Shown in pieces: positions 22,330 through 29,960 of a DNA stretch of 29,960 nt. The first letter of the stretch is position 1, and every line of letters begins with the position of its first letter. A program made the translations under genes and the position numbers. The stretch spans positions 1-29,960 of the forward strand of contig NW_021832684.1 in NCBI RefSeq assembly GCF_006345805.1, read 5' to 3'. This DNA is from Octopus sinensis. Its lineage: Eukaryota. The notes beneath the pieces were generated by a model. It saw only the letters and a list, made by a program, of their open reading frames with translations. It did not search any database and was not told the origin of the DNA.

Positions 22330-22756
22330 TCCAATTTTGTCTTGATTGCGCCGCTCTTTTCCACTTTGACCTAAATTGCTTAACTAAATCACCTTCCCAT
22401 CGTCCTGGGTGGGGGTCTTCCTAGAAGCCCTTTCCGATCTCTTGGATTCCGCTCGACCACTTCACAGGTCCGCCTGTTGTCTGGGAACCTTGCGACATGT
22501 CCGGCCAGTGGAACTCGTGCTTTCGGTACTCGAGGTCACATTGTTTACTTCGCTCCCTTCATTTCGAACGTGCTCTCTTAATAACGTTTCTAGCATTGGC
22601 TCTTCTCATGGCCCCCTCCGTTGTAGCGAATCGATGTGCTATCCTCTGTGTAGCAGCTCACGTCACACTTGCATATCAGAGCGCAGGTAGGACGATGCTA
22701 TCGAAGAGTTTGGCTCGTATAGCCTTGTCTAACATCATTTGGAGCGCACCCTTTAT
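22330..22756 (-). mobile_element. RTE-clade LINE 3' remnant (RT C-terminus)
   Basis: Peptides [17 protein letters not shown] and [34 protein letters not shown] match recalled RTE motifs LFxxxVLPALLYASETW and WAGHVAR...RGRP. Confidence 0.88.
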
Positions 22757-22809
22757 ATGTGGATATATATGTATTATATATATGTATATATATATATATA
22801 TATATAGAT

Positions 22810-22882
<73 letters not shown>

Positions 22883-22896
22883 GTGTGTATATATAC

Positions 22897-22954
<58 letters not shown>

Positions 22955-23102
22955 GTGTGTATATATACGTATATATATATATATGTATATAAATAAGTAT
23001 ATATGTATATAATAAGTATACATATGTATATATATATATATGTGTGTGTGATATATATGTATATATATATGTATATGTGTGTATATATATATAATATAAA
23101 TG

Positions 23103-23193
<91 letters not shown>

Positions 23194-23196
<3 letters not shown>

Positions 23197-23386
23197 AAGG
23201 TTTACGAAAAAAACAAAAGAGGAAGACAGGTGGTGTACAAAACAAACAGATGTATTAGTATAACGCTCAGGAATAGAAAAAGTCTTTTACGTTTCGAGCC
23301 TACGCTCTCTTCTACAGACAGGGACACAGAAAAAAAAACAAGGGAGAAAAAAATGTGTGTAGTGGCTAACGATCTATCATGGCGAC
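23194..23386 (-). mobile_element. Family C element (copy 2) inside (TA)n
   Basis: Colinear with 2784-2979. Confidence 0.9.
23282..23320 (-). ncRNA. Minimal hammerhead-like motif (copy 2)
   Basis: Minus strand CTGTAGA-AGA-GAGC-GTAG-GCTC-GAAAC-GTA-AAAGAC; extra GA before stem II; stem I imperfect. Confidence 0.5.
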
Positions 23387-23439
23387 TATCATATATATGT
23401 ATATGTGTATAATATAGTATATGTGTATATATATGTATA

Positions 23440-23510
<71 letters not shown>

Positions 23511-23674
23511 ATATATAATACATATATATACATAATATATATATCTATGTATATATATATACATATATAATACATAATATATATATTATGTACATATATT
23601 ATACATACATACATATATATATATATATGTACATATATATATATATACATACATATATATACATATATATATAT

Positions 23675-23728
<54 letters not shown>

Positions 23729-24130
23729 TATATATATATATGTTGTGTCTGGGGAGAGTCATTTTCTTTTTGTAAAATGACTCTCCCCAGACACAATAGA
23801 ATATGCTTCAACACACGAACTCACATAAAGAATCTTGCAAACCAAATCCAAAAACGAAATATATATATATATACAATATATCCGTAGTGTTCTAATTAGT
23901 TCTCTCTCTCTCTCTCCTTTCTAGTTTCTGTATATATGTTATTCTTAAACAACAATAATATTGACAGTGACTTCGAAATTTCAATCAATTAAACTGAAAC
24001 TTTGAAGTCGCTGTCAGTATTGCTTTCTTATTTAAAAACAGTGAATCTATACTCTACAAAAGTATTGAGTAACCCATCAGAGTAATGTAAATAGTTTTTT
24101 ATTAAAACTGAACATAAAAACAAATATATA

Positions 24131-25377
24131 TGAGGGTGAGCTGAAAAGTTCATAGACTGACTGTGAAGGAGTGATGCTAGAGCTGTGAAATCTTACATGT
24201 ATTAATTTCAACTCTTCTGATTAATAATCGCGTTGTTTCCTTCCAGCAGAACTCACATCTGACTGTTCAGAGAAGACTTCAAATGTAATTAGTTGCGACT
24301 ACGTCTCTTGGAAATGGGCAAAATTTGGTATCGTCGTGTTATCAACTATTTGCAGTAAAATGGTTTAGCCCCCAAGGACCTTCATGCTGACACGGTCGCT
24401 ACATTAAGGAACGGCGCTCCAGCTATACTAGCTGGGCAAAAGTGGTCAGCTGAATTTAGGAAGGAAAGGAGAAGTCTTGAAGATGATCCATTGTCCTGGA
24501 TGTCCTGCAACTGCCACCGCCAAAGAAAACATTGATCCTGTTCACCACATGATAATGGGTGATAGGTGATTGACTGTAAATCATGTAACCAATGCTGTCA
24601 GCATATCCTGCGAGGGAGTTGGGAATATTCTGCTCAATGAATTTGGCATGACGACAGTTTCTGTTTGCTGGGTGACACGTCTTCTGACCCCTGATCGAAA
24701 GCGCACAAGACTGATTACTTCACGGCAGAATTGTTTGAAGCAGATCCAACTGGTTTCCTTGGACGTTTCCAAAAACAAGATGAGTATCGGGTTGATCACT
24801 TTGAAGCAGAGTCAAAGAGACAATCCATGCAGTGGCAACACCCCTTCTCACCTGCTCCAAAGAAGGCCAAGGCCGTGTCATGTGCAGAGAAAGCATTTTG
24901 TTTATTCGCTGTCTACAAAAAGATCGCACCATCAATGGAGAGTCGGATGTCAACATGCTGAGGCAGTTACGAAATGCTATGAAGAGCAAACACTCAGGAA
25001 AAACTGACGAAAGAGGTCTTGTCTCATCTGGACAATGCTCCAGCACACAAGTCCTTCGTTTCAATGGCTGCTGTGTGTGTGTGATTGCGGCTTTCAACTG
25101 CTCTCTTGATTTGGCCCCATCTGACTATCATCTGTTCCCCAACATGAGAAAACACTTGGTTGAGAACCAGTGTCGCAGTGATGATGACGTCATTACTGCT
25201 ATTGAAAAAAATTCTTTGACCAACAGGAGAAAAGCTTCTTCGCCAATGGGATCCAAGCACCGCAACAACAACGGAAGAAGTGCCTGAACCGCAAAAGGGA
25301 CTACGTTGGAAAATAAAGCTCATTTGGTCACATTTCAAGAGTTTTAGTCAGCCTATGGACGTTTCCGCCGACCCTCG
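24131..25377 (+). mobile_element. Near full-length mariner transposon (irritans/Hsmar2-like), inactive
   Basis: Imperfect 31-bp TIRs 24131-24161 (TGAGGGTGAGCTGAAAAGTTCATAGACTGAC) and 25347-25377; left TA intact, right TA reads TG; length 1247 bp. Confidence 0.92.
24314..25316 (+). pseudogene. Mariner transposase pseudogene
   Basis: MGKIWYRRVINYL*..., [38 protein letters not shown]; multiple stops and frameshifts. Confidence 0.92.
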
Positions 25378-25385
25378 TGTGTGTA

Positions 25386-25427
<42 letters not shown>

Positions 25428-26085
25428 TGCGTGTGTGCGTACGTGTGTGTGTGTACAGGATTTAGGCGCGCGCTCACACGCACGCACATCTCTAAACACA
25501 TTAGATTGCTCCCTCTAAGTTTGCATAAGTGATAATGTGTGGAGTGTGTGTGTGTGTGTACTCATTTTTAAGTACACCAGTATCTGAGTACACAATACTC
25601 ATATTACATATACATGTTTATGTACACATTACGCGCTCACACCCACACACACAATCTTAATCCGTATTTACCTTCTGCCCATGTGCTAATTCCTCATTCC
25701 AAAATCTATGTGGAACTAGAACTCCGTCGGTCATTCCAAGAGAGACCCATTACCATCAAATCACACCGAATCCAGTCGTACTCGTTCCTTTAATGTCTCT
25801 TCCTTTCTTTCTATCTTCTTCTTCTTCAAGATCGATCAGGTGATTCTCAAGTTGATCTGATTGATTCGATGTGTTTTAATACCTTCATCAGTTAAACACA
25901 ACTTCCAGCCTCTTTAAAACAATAACTTATGTTCATTAACGATTCGAATTATAGAAAATTAATCACATCCACAAGTCATCGCAGCCGGCATCCGCGGAGT
26001 CTTCGGTGAAAAGTGTCCGGTTAATAGAATCTGACGCTAAACCCGTCATTGGAATCACCATAGTAAAGTTGATATTTTCATGAAG

Positions 26086-26765
26086 GCGATGATGGTGGCG
26101 GTGGTGGTGGTGGTTGTGGTGGTGGTGGTGGTGGTGGTTGTTGTTGTTGTTGTTGTGGTGGTGGTGGTTGTGGTGGTGGTGGAGATGGTGGTGATTGTGG
26201 TGGTTGTTGTTGTGGTGGTGGTGGAGATGGTTGTGGTGGTGGTGGTGGCGGTGGTGGTGGTGGTAGCGGTGGTGGTGGTGGTTGTGGTGGTGGTGGTGGC
26301 GGTAGTAGTGGTGGTGGTAGTGGCGGTGGTGGTGGTGGTAGCGGTGGTGGTGGTGGTTGTTGTTGTTGTAGTGGTGATGGTGGTGGTGGTGGTGGTGGTG
26401 GTGGTGGTGGTAGTGGTGGTGGTGGTATTGGTGGGGGTGGTGCGTTGGTGTAGCGGTGGTGGTGGGGTTGTGTTGTTGGTGGTAGTGGTGATGGTGGTTG
26501 TGGTGTGTGGTGGTGGTGATGGTGGTGGTGGTGGAGGTGGTGGTGGTGGTGGTGGAGGTGGTGGTGGTGGTAGTGGTGGTTGTGGTGGTGGTGGTGGTTG
26601 TTGTGTTGTTGTTGTGGTGATGGTGGTGGTTGTTGTTGTCGTTGTTGTTCTTGTTCTTGTTCTTGTTCTTGTTCTTGTTCTTGTGGTAGTGATGGTGGTG
26701 GTGGTGGTGTTGGTTGTTGTTGTTGTGAGGAAGAGGAAGAGGAGGAAGAGAGGAGGAGGAAGAGT
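26086..26765. repeat. ~680-bp degenerate (GGT)n/(GTT)n/(GAG)n trinucleotide tract
   Basis: Direct reading; frame-preserving unit variants. Confidence 0.95.
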
Positions 26766-27049
26766 AATTGATCACCTAAATGGATGGTGGTGATTCTTGG
26801 AGCATCTTTAGCAAATTCATGACAAACAAATAAATATCATCCAATTTATTTAGTGGAATCGGTTGTAATAAAAATATTCTTCCTTCCAATATATCGACCA
26901 ACGCGTTTCTTCTACATTTTTTAATTTTCTTCTCTTTCTTTCTACGAAGAACTCAACCTAAACATTCAATGGAGCCATTCAAAGTTTCTCAATATAAATA
27001 TCTATAATTTGAATAAAATTCTAATCCTATATTTTTTCCGCTGTCTCCA

Positions 27050-27056
27050 TCATCAC

Positions 27057-27100
<44 letters not shown>
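27050..27100. repeat. (CAT)n microsatellite
   Basis: Direct reading. Confidence 0.95.
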
Positions 27101-27101
<1 letters not shown>

Positions 27102-27377
27102 AAGCATCAACGTCGTCGTCGCCATTATAAACATAATTATCCGTGGTACTTCTAAACAAATGGAGTTCCAGCAAAGATTTCTTCAACACTAATTAAGCCG
27201 GCCTATCACTTGGCCTTTATAGATTATCAATAATCTGTCTGCTCAGTTTAAATCGGATTAAAGCTGGTCAGTTATTGTCAATATATCGAATTATTTACAC
27301 CTTTTGTCTTCTTGATATCAACTCACATACCTCTCTGCGTTTTATTTCGACATAATTTCATACACACATACATACAG

Positions 27378-27430
<53 letters not shown>

Positions 27431-27438
<8 letters not shown>

Positions 27439-27710
27439 TGCACATACGTATATTCACACATACGCACATACATACACACACGCACATACAGACACATATA
27501 TATATACACACGTGCACATACGTATATACACACATACGCACATACATACACACACGCACATACAGACACATATATATATATACACGTGCACATACGTATA
27601 TACACACATACGCACATACATACACACACGCACATACATACAGACACATATATATACACACGTGCACATACGTATATACACACATACGCACATACATATA
27701 GGCACACGCG
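27431..27710. repeat. 74-76-bp minisatellite (~3.7 units) built from CA/TA motifs
   Basis: CACGTGCACATACGTA recurs at 27435, 27509, 27583 and 27659. Confidence 0.93.
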
Positions 27711-28697
27711 CCAATATATACAACAAAGAGCAACAATACACTGCACACACACGTAGATAAACGCATCCACATTTACACAGACACATTCACACACACTCTT
27801 CGTCTTTTTTATCCATCATCATCATCATCATCACCACACACATCTACCTCCTACCTTTTATTTCTATTTAATTTGCCATGCTGTCGCTGTCGTAGGTGAC
27901 AAGATAGTGAATTAATTATTAAAACATTATTATCACAATGGGTTTAGCTAGTTGTTCCTTGGCCGCCGCCGCCATTGATACATTTCCCTTCAGTTGGCGG
28001 AGATTTTTTTTCTTTTGCTCTCCCCACTCTTCCTCTCCATCCCTCACATCTCTCCCTCCTTCCCATACACAGCTTCCATTATATCAACACACCATATGAA
28101 CACGTACACATGCTTCACCGAGACTCACTGTGTAAAACACCGTTTCCTTTTCACGTGCTTTCTTTATTTAACCCGTCATTTTCCACCATCTTTCCTCTCC
28201 TTCTTTTTCCTCGCCTTTCTCTCCTTTGCTCTCTCGATCTCTCCTCCATCCTACCAGATTTCTCAGCCTCCGATTTTCTCAGGCGTTCTCATCTCTTGGC
28301 TAGTTTGTGAATGCCATTTTCCTCTTTATTTCATAGAGTGGTCTTATGGATAAATCGATGTATGGCTAGGCGAATGGGTGGAAAATTGAGAAAATCTTCT
28401 TAACAAAGCATGCTATTCCCCGTGAATTATATCCATTGTATCTACTCAATTATAAAATGGCTCCTAGTGTAACAACTGCGATTTACGGATTCATTGTTGA
28501 TGCCACAAAAAAAAAACCGCAGTCACTCCATTTCCCACCGCAACGAGACCGCAATCCCTTTTCTTTATTTAATGGATTAATGTATTACTAGCTTTACCAC
28601 ATTTTTCACTGATCATTTCTTTTTCTTCTTTCTTTCTATCATACTTTCTTCGTTGCTTTTGCTCTTTTTATTATCATTTACCTCGTCACTGTTCACT

Positions 28698-28735
28698 GAT
28701 AACCAACTGGTAAAAGATAACCAACTGGTAAAAGA
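28698..28735. repeat. Perfect 18-bp tandem duplication
   Basis: GATAACCAACTGGTAAAA x2. Confidence 0.95.
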
Positions 28736-29477
28736 ACAATTCCAAAATAGCAAGACAAGAAACCGTGATCCGACTATTACCATAATAGATAACAACCATT
28801 TCCAACCTACGTTGAATTTGTTGGGGTAGCAGCGGAGAAATCCTTATTCTTTTGTTTATATAGACCTCCTTTAAATACCACTTGGTACTTTAGTCCCCCT
28901 GAAGTCAATATTTTCCTTAAATTTCTCTGGAGTGTTCACTCCAGACTACATTAAAACACCACCTTTGTTTTCAGTGAAATCATATGAACACAAATCATAG
29001 TCACGTGGTACATCGTATTTATCTTACAACCTCTCCATCATCGTCTTAAATTGTAATCGTACTAAAGCACGTGGTGGTTTATGGAATCATTATTAGAAAA
29101 CACTAAATGAATGATACTGGCTTTCATAGAAAATGCAAATGGAGTGAAGAAGGCAGAGTCCAAGAAACTATTTGGAATCGTGTAAATATTAATGAAATTT
29201 CCTCCTTCATCTTCATCCGATGATTTATTTCATGTGAAGATATTTTTTCACATTAATTCACTTGACACCAATTTCCTAACGTTTGTGTATTTATGTGTAG
29301 GTCTTACGCTACAGAACAACAATACACAAGAAATTGTCAAATAAATCGCAAAATAAGTCAAGAAAAGAAGAGAGTCGTTCATTTTGTTTCGATAATTTTC
29401 TAGTTTTCCACAACAAAGGATTTACTTATATATAATTATTTAATATAATTTATTTTAAATAATCATAATGCCAAATT

Positions 29478-29509
<32 letters not shown>

Positions 29510-29611
29510 ATATATAATATTGTTATATTTCGGAATGGTCATATTGCCAGTTTAGCCAATAAATCTTGCACAACAAAATTTAAACGTATATATATATATA
29601 TCTATATATAT

Positions 29612-29803
29612 AAAGTTAATCCAGACAAGAAAGCACAAAAAAAACACAGCACCGCGAGGACGTGGAACAAAAAAGTATTATTGGACGCTCAGGGAAGAAG
29701 GGAAGGAGGGTTATCGTTTCGAGCGGAGCTCTTCGTCGGAAACAAAGGAGAAGGAAAGATCCCGAGAAGGGAAGACAGAGGAAAAAAAATTGCTGGCGGT
29801 GTC

Positions 29804-29806
<3 letters not shown>
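29612..29806 (-). mobile_element. Family C-related element (diverged subfamily) inside (TA)n
   Basis: Shares GCTCAGG.A..AGAA and CGTTTCGAGC...GCTCTTC with family C; TA arrays on both sides. Confidence 0.75.
29708..29743 (-). ncRNA. Minimal hammerhead-like motif (variant core CCGACGA)
   Basis: Minus strand GTTT-CCGACGA-A-GAGC-TCC-GCTC-GAAAC-GAT-AAC; the cleavage triplet position is not GUH in this copy. Confidence 0.5.
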
Positions 29807-29881
<75 letters not shown>

Positions 29882-29882
<1 letters not shown>

Positions 29883-29960
29883 TACGACGGGCTTCTTTCA
29901 GTTTCCGTCTACCAAATCCACTCACAAGGCTTTGGTCGGCCCAAGGCTATAATAGAAGAC
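29882..29960 (-). mobile_element. SINE A head portion (runs off the window end)
   Basis: Reverse complement of GTCTTCTA.TATAGCCTTGGGCCGACCAAAGCCTTGTGAGTGGATTTGGTAGACGGAAACTGAAAGAAGCCCGTCGTATA, matching 3553-3632. Confidence 0.92.

Larger units (their letters stand above)
22757..23742. repeat. ~1-kb (TA)n-dominated array split by a family C element
   Basis: Direct reading. Confidence 0.97.

Noticed and set aside
25880-25900. Minus-strand CTGATGA
   Set aside because: Not followed by a stem II and GAAA.
27431-27710. CRISPR-like regularly spaced repeat
   Set aside because: The whole unit repeats with no unique spacers; eukaryotic minisatellite with no cas genes.
27975-28353. Hydrophobic ORFs of 111 and 119 aa
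   Set aside because: Result of a pyrimidine-rich strand (F/L/S/P codons); no domain signal.

Overview
Repeat-saturated, AT-rich eukaryotic genomic DNA with no recognisable intact protein-coding gene, rRNA, true tRNA or CRISPR array. The repeat types and extreme microsatellite load resemble an octopus/coleoid cephalopod genome (inference from recall, not verified). Nearly all ORFs in the track are microsatellite artefacts. Supported content: two tRNA-derived SINE families (A: with a built-in internal microsatellite; B: Meta-domain-like, chained by (AAT)n, almost all on the minus strand); two RTE-clade LINE remnants; one further probable LINE 3' end; three Tc1/mariner relics (a near full-length DD34D mariner with TIRs, a second DD34D fragment, and a rosa/DD41D-like remnant); and a non-autonomous Helitron-like element with A|TC...CTAG|T ends. 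The most interesting signal is a set of short elements sitting inside (TA)n microsatellites that carry minimal hammerhead-ribozyme-like motifs with variant cores (2864-2902, 23282-23320, 29708-29743). There is also a canonical-core hammerhead-like motif behind a possible Penelope GIY-YIG tail (21055-21081). Several non-repeat islands look cis-regulatory but this is weakly supported.
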